Part shown: positions 23,468 through 31,212 of the stretch, piece after piece | Numbering within the stretch: position 1 is the first letter of the stretch | How the letters are laid out: each line of letters begins with the position of its first letter | Source of the DNA: Aliivibrio fischeri ES114 | Lineage (GTDB): Bacteria; Pseudomonadota; Gammaproteobacteria; Enterobacterales; Vibrionaceae | Length of the DNA stretch: 32,000 bases | Assembly: GCF_000011805.1 (NCBI RefSeq) | Contig: NC_006840.2 | Direction: 5' to 3' (one strand) | Made by a program: the position numbers and the translations under genes | Notes under the pieces: model-generated | What the model saw: the letters and a program-made list of their open reading frames with translations, nothing else | Told to the model about the DNA's origin: nothing | The model's database searches: none

Positions 23468-23496
23468 AAATTAAACTAAACGGTTCAGTTTAATTT
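23468..23496. promoter_or_regulatory. 29-bp palindromic operator (site 3), same motif as site 1
   Basis: aaattaaactaaac-g-gttcagtttaattt. The left arm is identical (14/14) to site 1, with one arm mismatch. It lies 36-64 nt upstream of the glutaredoxin-like gene. Confidence 0.6.
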
Positions 23497-23531
23497 TAAG
23501 ATAAATCAGTTTGCTGATAGGGGAAGTCGCA

Positions 23532-24107
23532 ATGAAACCAGTAAAAATTACATTATATCGTTGGGCAGGCAGTTGGGGTCCATTTAAAGTCAATATTCCG
23601 TGTGGAGAGTGCACCTTAACGAAAGACATTCTGGAAGATACATTTAACACTGAGCTTGATGGTATTCCTATTGAGCTTGAAGTGAAAGATTGGCTGTCTT
23701 ACTGGTGGGAGCCTTTAAAGCTCAAAGCGTGGCATGCTCCGATTATCATTGTTGAAGATAAAGTGATAAGCCAAGGTGAGGCGTTAAATCGTGGTGTTTT
23801 GGTTCAAGCTGTTATAGCTCAAGTTGCCAAGCGTGATGATATCAAAGGTAACGTGGTATTTGGTAAAGCAACATGTCCTTATTGTATTAAAGCGAAAGCT
23901 GCATTGGATGAGGCCGGAGTTGAATACACTTATCACGATGTAGTGAAAGACAGTGCAGCCTTGTATCGAATGATCCCAGAGGTTAAAGCCATTATTGGTG
24001 AGAAAACACCTGTGACAGTGCCTCAAATTTGGTTGGATGGTAAATACGTTGGTGGCTTTGATGATTTATCAAAACAGATGAACACTGATGTGAAAGCGGG
24101 GAATTAA
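23532..24107 (+). CDS. Two-domain thiol-disulfide protein: N-terminal CGEC thioredoxin-like module plus C-terminal CPYC glutaredoxin domain
   Basis: The N-terminal domain carries NIPCGECTL. The C-terminal domain is FGKATCPYCIKAKAALDEAGVEYTYHDV...TVPQIWLDGKYVGGFDDL (glutaredoxin CPYC, TVP and GG motifs). ATG 23532 is preferred over the track TTG at 23511. Confidence 0.75.
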   Translation: MKPVKITLYRWAGSWGPFKVNIPCGECTLTKDILEDTFNTELDGIPIELEVKDWLSYWWEPLKLKAWHAPIIIVEDKVISQGEALNRGVLVQAVIAQVAKRDDIKGNVVFGKATCPYCIKAKAALDEAGVEYTYHDVVKDSAALYRMIPEVKAIIGEKTPVTVPQIWLDGKYVGGFDDLSKQMNTDVKAGN

Positions 24108-24108
24108 T

Positions 24109-24795
24109 ATGAATAAAAAACTGATTTTATTACTTATTCTTTTTGCGTCATTTGCTGCAGTGTATGTCAATTTCGGGCATTTATTGACACTTGAGCAGGT
24201 GAAAGCATTCCATCAAAATGTGCAAAATGACATACAAGCGAACCTGTTTGTATACAGTGCCGTTTATTTTATCTCTTATGTTGTTATTACGGCTCTGTCT
24301 ATTCCTGGTGCTGCGGTTGTAACTTTGCTTGGCGCGGCATTGTTTGGTTTTTGGTGGAGTTTATTGTTGGTGTCGTTTGCCAGTACCATTGGAGCAACCA
24401 TTGCGTTTTTAAGCAGCCGTTATTTATTAAGAGAGTGGGTAGACAGTAAGTTTAAAGATAAGTTGGTAGCGATTAATGAGGGTGTGGAAAAAGATGGTGC
24501 ATTCTATTTGCTGACACTACGCTTGATCCCTGTGTTTCCGTTTTTCTTAATCAATTTACTTATGGGATTAACCAAAATATCAGTAGGTCGTTTCTATTTG
24601 TTTAGTCAGTTAGGTATGTTACCGGGGACAATGGTGTACTTAAATGCGGGTACACAGCTCTCAGAAATAACCTCGCTATCTGGGTTAATTTCACCACAAA
24701 TTTTAGGTTCACTCGCTTTACTTGGTTTGTTTCCAATTATCATTAAATTTATTATGGGGCAGATTCAAAAACGTCGCTCTCAAGTAAAAGAGTAA
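24109..24795 (+). CDS. TVP38/TMEM64-family (SNARE-associated / DedA-superfamily) membrane protein
   Basis: LRLIPVFPFFLINLLMGLTKISVGRFYLFSQLGMLPGTMVYLNAG is the family core. The start lies 1 nt after the upstream stop. Confidence 0.8.
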   Translation: MNKKLILLLILFASFAAVYVNFGHLLTLEQVKAFHQNVQNDIQANLFVYSAVYFISYVVITALSIPGAAVVTLLGAALFGFWWSLLLVSFASTIGATIAFLSSRYLLREWVDSKFKDKLVAINEGVEKDGAFYLLTLRLIPVFPFFLINLLMGLTKISVGRFYLFSQLGMLPGTMVYLNAGTQLSEITSLSGLISPQILGSLALLGLFPIIIKFIMGQIQKRRSQVKE

Positions 24796-24882
24796 TCGAT
24801 AGAGAGACCTATCCCACATTCTTATCTTTTGGTGGGCAGAATCATCTCGTAATCGTTATATTTATCAATTAAATTAATTAAG

Positions 24883-24914
24883 AAGAAGCATTCTCCCCAA
24901 TGCTTCTTTTTTTT
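24883..24914 (+). terminator. Rho-independent terminator
   Basis: aagaagcatt / aatgcttctt 10-bp stem, ctcccc loop, T8 run. Confidence 0.75.
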
Positions 24915-24943
24915 ATTTTCGGGGGCATGATTAAGGTTTAGGA

Positions 24944-26380
24944 ATGAAGCTTAAAAGCTTGGTATTGAGTGTTAGCGCTGTCTTGCTATCTGGTTGTGGA
25001 ACAATGGCAAAACAACAAGAATATAATGCAGATTTGATCATTAATAACGGACAAGTGTTAACCGTCAACGCCGATATGCAAGTGATTGATGATGGTGTCG
25101 TGGTGGTTAAAAACGATAAAATAATTGCTGTTGGTGACGAAAAACTACTAGAGCAATATTATGCACCAAAAAACATTGATGCTAATGACGGTATTGTGAT
25201 GCCAGGAATGATTAATGCTCACAACCATCTTCCGATGATCGCATTTCGTGGTTTAGGTGAAGAAGGCATTTCTAATCGATTATTTGCTTATTTTTTCCCG
25301 TTAGAAGCACAAAAGTTAAGCCGTGAGCTGATTTATAATGCCACTAAGCTTGGTGCTATCGACTTAGCCCAGAGTGGCGTTACCACTTATGCTGATATGT
25401 ATTATCACATGGATGAAATGGCTAAAGCGACCAAAGAGGTTGGGTTAAGAGCCGTACTTGGTGAAACGGTTATTAAGTTCCCTGTGGTGGATGCAAAACA
25501 ACCGTATGGTGGAATTCAATATGCCAAGCCATTTATTGAAGAGTATCAAAATGATCCGTTAATTACGCCAGCTTATGCACCTCATGCCGTGTATACGGTA
25601 AGTAAAGAAAAGCTTCAAGAGATCAATCAGCTTTCAGAAGATTACGATGTACCTGTTTTAATCCATGTTGCTGAGTTTCCAAATGAAGAGGCAAGAATTA
25701 AAGATCCAACTAAAGCGACATCTCCTGTTGAGTATCTAGAAGAGATTGGTGTACTGGACGAGCGTATGGTGATTGCTCACGGTATTCATTTGTCCCAACA
25801 TGATCAAGCGTTATTAAAACAAGCGGATGCGGGAGTGGTTTATAACCCAATGGCGAATGTGAAAGGGGCAACAGGCATTGCTCCTGCTTGGGATATGTTT
25901 CGTGCGGATATGCGAGTTGGTTTAGGAACGGATGGACCAATGAGTTCAAACCAAGTGGATTTGTGGCGCACCTTAAGTTATGCCGCAAATATGCAGCGTT
26001 TAAAACACTCAGACAGAACCATTATGATCCCAGAACAAGTGATTGAAATGGCAACCATTGGTGGTGCAAAAGCATTGCATATGGAGGATGAGATCGGCTC
26101 TTTAGAAGTCGGAAAGAAAGCGGATATCATTATTGTTGAAACTCAATCAGCGAACATGATGCCAAGTTATGATCCATACGCAACATTGGTTTATCAAGCC
26201 AACCCAAGTAATGTGGATACAACGATTGTAAATGGCAAAGTGGTTATGGAACAGCGCCAGATGAAGACGATTCAATTAGATGATATTCGACAAAGTGTTG
26301 AAGCGTTTGAATCAGATATCGCCGATTTTGCAAAAGAACTATCCAAAAAAGCGATAAAATCCAAAAGTTTAATGGATTAG
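24944..26380 (+). CDS. Metal-dependent amidohydrolase (aminohydrolase/chlorohydrolase, MtaD/Atz-Trz-like) with a lipoprotein signal peptide
   Basis: Lipobox VLLSGCG. GMINAHNHLPM (HxH metal ligands), later HVAE, AHGIHL, GLGTDG. The architecture matches the amidohydrolase_1 superfamily. Confidence 0.8.
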   Translation: MKLKSLVLSVSAVLLSGCGTMAKQQEYNADLIINNGQVLTVNADMQVIDDGVVVVKNDKIIAVGDEKLLEQYYAPKNIDANDGIVMPGMINAHNHLPMIAFRGLGEEGISNRLFAYFFPLEAQKLSRELIYNATKLGAIDLAQSGVTTYADMYYHMDEMAKATKEVGLRAVLGETVIKFPVVDAKQPYGGIQYAKPFIEEYQNDPLITPAYAPHAVYTVSKEKLQEINQLSEDYDVPVLIHVAEFPNEEARIKDPTKATSPVEYLEEIGVLDERMVIAHGIHLSQHDQALLKQADAGVVYNPMANVKGATGIAPAWDMFRADMRVGLGTDGPMSSNQVDLWRTLSYAANMQRLKHSDRTIMIPEQVIEMATIGGAKALHMEDEIGSLEVGKKADIIIVETQSANMMPSYDPYATLVYQANPSNVDTTIVNGKVVMEQRQMKTIQLDDIRQSVEAFESDIADFAKELSKKAIKSKSLMD

Positions 26381-26391
26381 TTTTATACAAA

Positions 26392-26423
26392 AAGCCTGAT
26401 TTTTAGATGTTGAGTCAGGCTTT
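26392..26423 (+). terminator. Possible terminator hairpin
   Basis: aagcctga / tcaggctt stem with only a weak T-run (ttt). Confidence 0.4.
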
Positions 26424-26504
26424 AAAAGATTCTCATATTTTGGATAGAATGAGACGATCGATTCCCTTATTATTCGACCTTAAATCGATTATCGGATAAA
26501 TAGG

Positions 26505-26840
26505 GTGTTTAAGTATTTATTGTTAGTAGGTGTACTTTTTAGCGGTACTTCTTTTGGTCGTGAATTGTTTGAAAAAGAAGCTGAGAGCAACAAAGATGAG
26601 ATGTATCGAGTTCAAGCTTATGCTTTCTCATCTATGCCTGATCTAAATTTCAAAGTATGCAGTAGTAATATGCTGACACTATATAAAATAGAAGATACGT
26701 ATTATTTAGTGACTGACTTTACTACCTATGAAAATGCAAAAGACATAGTAAGTTCTTTAAGAGTAGAGTGCGGATTTAAATCATGGATCCGACCTCAAGC
26801 GATGGATTTGTCATTTACTCAGGATAACCGAGCTTACTAA
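26505..26840 (+). CDS. Small secreted hypothetical protein (possible SPOR-like fold)
   Basis: GTG start, signal-like MFKYLLLVGVLFSGTSFG. YRVQAYAFSS....YYLVTDFTTYENAKDIVSSL is loosely SPOR-like. The RBS is weak, so the start is uncertain. Confidence 0.45.
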   Translation: MFKYLLLVGVLFSGTSFGRELFEKEAESNKDEMYRVQAYAFSSMPDLNFKVCSSNMLTLYKIEDTYYLVTDFTTYENAKDIVSSLRVECGFKSWIRPQAMDLSFTQDNRAY

Positions 26841-26844
26841 AAGG

Positions 26845-26882
26845 ATGGGCAAAGGTATTTATTTACTTTTGCCCATTTTTAT
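26845..26882. terminator. Hairpin terminator between convergent genes
   Basis: atgggcaaa / tttgcccat stem followed by a T-run. It is immediately adjacent to the stop of the MATE gene. Confidence 0.6.
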
Positions 26883-28226
26883 TTAGATAAGATTAAATTT
26901 AGTCCATACTTTAGAGCGCCAGCGGCGAGCCATAATTACTCCTCGAACCCATTCATCTGCAGCTAATGCGAGCCATGCGCCCAGTACACCAAAACCAAAC
27001 TGAACGCCAAGTAGATAAGTCAGACTAACCGCAACTCCCCACATGCTTAATATCCCTAATTGAACTGGAAATTTAATATCACCAGTCCCTTTAAGTGCGG
27101 ATATAAAGACAAGGTTAAATACTCGTCCAGCTTCCACTAAAATAGAGCCTGCGATTAATCCTGCTGTTAAGGTTATGACCTCTGGATCTTGTGTGAATAT
27201 GTCGAGTAATTCATAACGGAAGAAAAAGACGATACAAGTAAGGGCAACAGAGACAGCAAAAGAGATTAAGAAGTAGATCTGAACTCGTGTAAGAATCTGC
27301 TCAATCCATTTTTTTCCTACGTAATAACTGGTTTGTATTTGGCTTGCTTGACCAACAGCTAATGCAAAAGCAAAAGAGACGCGAGCAATATTTTGGGCGT
27401 AAGTAAAAGCGGTTAACGAAGCGGTACCCATTCTTACTACTAAGTAAACAATGACCATTTGTGACAAGTTATATGAGAGCATTTCACCTGCATTCATTAC
27501 CCCAATATGCATGATCTTTTTATAGGTTGTTTGAGGTATTTTTTTAAAGCTCATCATTGGCAGCGCAATGTGTTTTCTATGGATCATTATCCATAAAATA
27601 ATCGTATTAATGACTTGGCTAAACGCAGTCGCAACAGCTACACCTTGCACACCATAAACAGGCAATCCAAAAGGTTGATACAAAGCGCAATAGTTACCAA
27701 ATATATTAAGTCCACCAGTGAGAAGATTCACTATCATTGGAGTACGAGAATATCCATTACTGCGTAATATGGTAGAGAAGACGATACCAAGGGTTACGGT
27801 TAATGTGAAAGAACCTGTAATAATTAAATAATCGTATGCAAAAGTTGCAACGTCACTTTCTAGTCCATACATGATGACAATAGGATTTGCGGCAAAAAAG
27901 GCAAATAAACTGAGGCCAAGTCCTAATATTCCACCAAGCACAACACTGGCTACCGCAACATCGGTTGATTGTTGAGTTCGTCCAGATCCATTGTATTGAC
28001 CAATAAGAATGCCAGTACCAGTACTCACCATCATCGAAATTATCATTAAAAAGAAAATGATTTGCGAGATGACCCCAATAGCAGATACTGCCAGATCAGA
28101 GTAGCCACTAAGCATGAATACATCACTGGTACTAATGGCTGTACGCAGTAAAATTTCCACCAGAATCGGCCACGCTAATGTCGTGATCTGCATTCGGCGT
28201 TCAATAGGATTGCTTTTATCAAGCAT
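26883..28226 (-). CDS. MATE-family multidrug/toxin efflux transporter
   Basis: 447 aa, 12 TM segments. The N-terminus LAWPILVEILLRTAISTSDVFMLSGYSDLAVSAIGV and the two-fold internal repeat are typical of MatE. Confidence 0.85.
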   Translation of the reverse strand: MLDKSNPIERRMQITTLAWPILVEILLRTAISTSDVFMLSGYSDLAVSAIGVISQIIFFLMIISMMVSTGTGILIGQYNGSGRTQQSTDVAVASVVLGGILGLGLSLFAFFAANPIVIMYGLESDVATFAYDYLIITGSFTLTVTLGIVFSTILRSNGYSRTPMIVNLLTGGLNIFGNYCALYQPFGLPVYGVQGVAVATAFSQVINTIILWIMIHRKHIALPMMSFKKIPQTTYKKIMHIGVMNAGEMLSYNLSQMVIVYLVVRMGTASLTAFTYAQNIARVSFAFALAVGQASQIQTSYYVGKKWIEQILTRVQIYFLISFAVSVALTCIVFFFRYELLDIFTQDPEVITLTAGLIAGSILVEAGRVFNLVFISALKGTGDIKFPVQLGILSMWGVAVSLTYLLGVQFGFGVLGAWLALAADEWVRGVIMARRWRSKVWTKFNLI

Positions 28227-28399
28227 AGTTTGTCCTTAAAAAAGGGAAGAGAGGATGCTCTTCACCATACAGCTAGGAAGGAAATATAAAGGTGTCTACT
28301 TTGACGAAATTCATTCTCCCAATCTGGGAGCTGGAACTCATTTTTGGATAGTATATTAATTCACACAATTATCTATGAAAATAGTGAGAATAATTGGTA

Positions 28400-29661
28400 T
28401 TAACATCGAATTTTAGGAATGTCTTTCCATTTGGTAGTGTATTGCGGGGTGAGCATTTCTCGTTTCATTCCCCATTGGGTATTTATCCCTTGAGCGCCAA
28501 GAAATAGGGTGTCTGTACCGTATTTATGATTGATTTTATCAAAAATAGTCATTAACTGATTATTGTTTGGGGCTGGGTTTAATAAATCGAATTGCTCATG
28601 TCTTCCATCAAGTAAATCTAATAAACCAACACCCACTTTATAATAGCGAACGTCTGGATGAAACAACTCTTTAGCGATGTGTGTGACCACTGAGGTGATA
28701 TGATTTACATCGGCTGTTGGGTAAGCAAAATGGTGAGTTGCACGTCCATTTACTGGTTTATCATCATGAGGAGAGTTTGAAGCAAAGCAAAGCAAAGTAA
28801 TGTTTTACATAATGAACCTTGTTTTCTGGCTTTCTGTGAAGCAATAGCTGCATGTTTTGCTAACGCTTGTTGTAATGCATCAAGATCGGTAATGCGGTTT
28901 CCCATACTACGAGTTGAAAATATTTGTTTTTTATCTGCACGAGCAACATCCTATGATTTACATGGCGTTCCATTTAACTCTAATACAATACGTTCAACTT
29001 CAACGTTGAAGTTTTTTCTTACTAAGCCGATTGGCATATTGGTCAGTTGGAGTGCTGTATGAATACCCATTTGATGCATACGTTCAGAGAGTTTTCGACC
29101 GATCCCCCATACTTCTTCAACAGATAAAAGGTGGAGTGCATTCAAACGTTCTTGTTCATTATCCAATACACAAACACCATGATAGCCTGCGAACTTTTTG
29201 GCTGCATGGTTTGCTACCTTAGCCAAGGTTAATGTGGTTCCCATACCGACACAAACCGCTAATCGACACTCTTTCCATACGGCTTTACGTAATTGATTCG
29301 CATGTGAACGTAAACAAGGTATTGCGGGAAAGCTACGTTTAAAAGAGAGAAAGGATTCATCAATGGAGTAGATATGTTGCTCTGGCGCAAAGCGTCCAAT
29401 AACTTCCATCATTTTAGACGATAAATCAGAATACAATTCATAATTAGAAGATAGAGCAATAACCCCTTTGTCTTCACATTGTTTTTTTATTTGAAAGTAA
29501 GGTTTAAATTTAGGTATACCTGCTTCTGTCGCTTGGCGATTGGCTGCGACAATCATGCCATCGTTATTGGATAACACAATAATAGGGCGGTTACGCCATT
29601 CAGGACGAAAGACTTGCTCTGCACTGCAATAAAAAGAGTTAGCATCAACCAGAGCAAACAT
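28400..29661 (-). pseudogene. umuC: umuC (DNA polymerase V catalytic subunit) inactivated by an in-frame TAG and a 5-bp tandem duplication
   Basis: The N-terminal ORF (MFALVDANSFYCSAEQVFRP...SNNDG) and the C-terminal ORF (...QWGMKREMLTPQYTTKWKDIPKI) are both UmuC-like but in different frames. Manual translation across 28796-28950 restores collinearity with E. coli UmuC once the TAG (28951-28953) and one ctttg unit are ignored. Confidence 0.85.
28781..28797. repeat. Pentanucleotide tandem repeat (CAAAG)x3 (minus strand CTTTG x3) at the umuC frameshift
   Basis: gaAGCAAAGCAAAGCAAAGtaa. Removing one unit gives ...KTLLCFASNSPHDDKPVNG..., which joins the two reading frames. Confidence 0.85.
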
Positions 29662-30068
29662 TAGGATTGGCTCAGTAAATAACTTGGACGGTGGCAGCGA
29701 ATAGAGCGAGTAACAACGCCCTCAATGGTGAAGGTATCGTAATCATTAATGGGAACGGTTTGGTATCTTTCATTGGCTGAAACTAATAAACGACGTTGTG
29801 TATCCAGTATTTTACAGACGAATTCACCATTAAAATTAGCGACAATGACATCATTGCTTTGTACTGTTACATAGCGATCGACAATGAGTAAATCGCCATC
29901 AAAAATGCCAACCCCTTGCATTGAATCACCACTGGCACGCCCAATAAAGGTTGAACTTGGGTGCTCAATTAATAATTCATCGAGATCAAAAGAAAGCTGA
30001 GAATATTCAGCAGCAGGGCTTTCAAAGCCACTAATACCAGCACTGGCGTGAAGAGGAATTACATTCAT
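29661..30068 (-). CDS. umuD: UmuD (S24 LexA-like self-cleaving accessory subunit of Pol V), apparently intact
   Basis: GFESPAAEY...IGRASGDSMQGVGIFDGDLLIVD...FNGEFVCK aligns with E. coli UmuD GFPSPAADY..VKASGDSM..GISDGDLLIVD..VDGEFTVK (Ser/Lys dyad). The stop overlaps the umuC ATG (TAATG). Confidence 0.85.
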   Translation of the reverse strand: MNVIPLHASAGISGFESPAAEYSQLSFDLDELLIEHPSSTFIGRASGDSMQGVGIFDGDLLIVDRYVTVQSNDVIVANFNGEFVCKILDTQRRLLVSANERYQTVPINDYDTFTIEGVVTRSIRCHRPSYLLSQS

Positions 30069-30077
30069 AAAATAACA

Positions 30078-30093
30078 CTGTATATAAGTACAG
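30078..30093. promoter_or_regulatory. LexA (SOS) box
   Basis: CTGTatataagtACAG is a perfect CTGT-N8-ACAG. It is embedded in a larger 34-nt palindrome (30069-30102) and ends 9 nt upstream of the umuD ATG. Confidence 0.75.
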
Positions 30094-30160
30094 CGTTATT
30101 TTGGGTGTGAATGAATAAAATAGCAAGTGATTAGATAAAAAATATCGTTAACTGCTTACT

Positions 30161-30928
30161 TTATAACAAGGCATTTTTCTTCATTAATTCTTTATCTACA
30201 CCTTTTAGCTTCATTTCATCCATAATGAAGTTAACCGCATTTAGCAGCTCTTGCTCGCCTTTAGGTACTAAATAACCAAATTGGCTTTTTGTGAATGGGT
30301 CGTCGCAGCGAGACGCTTCTAATCGCTTGTCTGTTGCTTGGTAGTAAAGCGCTTCTGGTGTTTCGGTTACCATTACGTCAACTTTTCCTGTCGCAACGGC
30401 TTGGGGAACATCAAGGTTATTTTTGTAACGTGTGAATGTTGCACTTTGTAGATGAGTATCAGCAAATATCTCATTAGTACCGCCAATGTTAATACCTAAA
30501 CGAGTACTTGATTTATTGACTTTATCAATGGTGTTATAAGTTTCAGCTTTTCCTTTTGCGACAAGGAAGCATTTACCAAAAGTCATGTAGCCTTGGCTTT
30601 GTTCAGCATGCAGCTGACGCTGTATTTTACGTGTGATGCCGCCCATTGCGATGTCGTATTTGTCAGCATTAAGATCGGGAATGAGATTTTTCCATGAGGT
30701 TTGAACTAACTCTAATTTTACATCTAGCTGTTCTGCTATGTATTTGGCAACATCAATATCATAACCAGAAAATTGCTTACCATCGAAAGAAGAGAAGGGC
30801 TTATAGTCACCCGTTGTACCGACTCGAATAATTCCGGCTTCTTGGATTTCATCTAAGCGATCTGCGTGAGCTGTGAAGGAAGCGGCAAATAGCACAGATA
30901 TGCATAAAAGTTTCTTTTTCATCATCAA
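30161..30928 (-). CDS. Periplasmic family-3 solute-binding-fold protein, cyclohexadienyl (prephenate/arogenate) dehydratase PheC-like
   Basis: Signal peptide. RLDEIQEAGIIRVGTTGDYKPFS, TSWKNLIPDL, YDIAMGGIT and GGTNEIFA match my recollection of Pseudomonas PheC (RVGTTGDYKPFS, TSWPNLMRD, FDIAMSGIS, GGTNEKFA). No ABC permease or ATPase gene is adjacent. Confidence 0.65.
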   Translation of the reverse strand: MMMKKKLLCISVLFAASFTAHADRLDEIQEAGIIRVGTTGDYKPFSSFDGKQFSGYDIDVAKYIAEQLDVKLELVQTSWKNLIPDLNADKYDIAMGGITRKIQRQLHAEQSQGYMTFGKCFLVAKGKAETYNTIDKVNKSSTRLGINIGGTNEIFADTHLQSATFTRYKNNLDVPQAVATGKVDVMVTETPEALYYQATDKRLEASRCDDPFTKSQFGYLVPKGEQELLNAVNFIMDEMKLKGVDKELMKKNALL

Positions 30929-31212
30929 ATCTTTTTGTTTATTAATTTAACTAACAAACTTATCACTATTTTGTAAATAAACAGATTAAACCATTCTATA
31001 AATAACGATAAAAAAACATGAGTGAGACATATTTCAAGTGGATGATTGTTGTATGTATTGATTCAATCTATTTGAAGGTCGCAAAATGTAAATAATATGG
31101 ATTAATTGTTATTAAGGGAATGGAGTAAGCCTTTACCACATAAGGGCTGCACTGGTTTTTCTTATTAATCTGAATTACTATTCTCAGCTTTGTTTCAACT
31201 GTGTGATGTATT

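Noticed and set aside
28227-28399. MATE pump as a DinF-like SOS gene, because it neighbours umuDC
   Set aside because: There is no CTGT-N8-ACAG in its upstream region, and it forms a separate transcription unit from umuDC.
28400-29661. Treating 28400-28795 and 28951-29661 as two separate genes
   Set aside because: Both halves and the gap between them are collinear with a single UmuC. The split is explained by one TAG and one 5-bp duplication, so this is one pseudogene.
30972-30985. TGTAAATAAACAGA upstream of the PheC-like gene as a TyrR box
   Set aside because: Only the TGTAAA half-site is present. There is no TTTACA at the N6 spacing.
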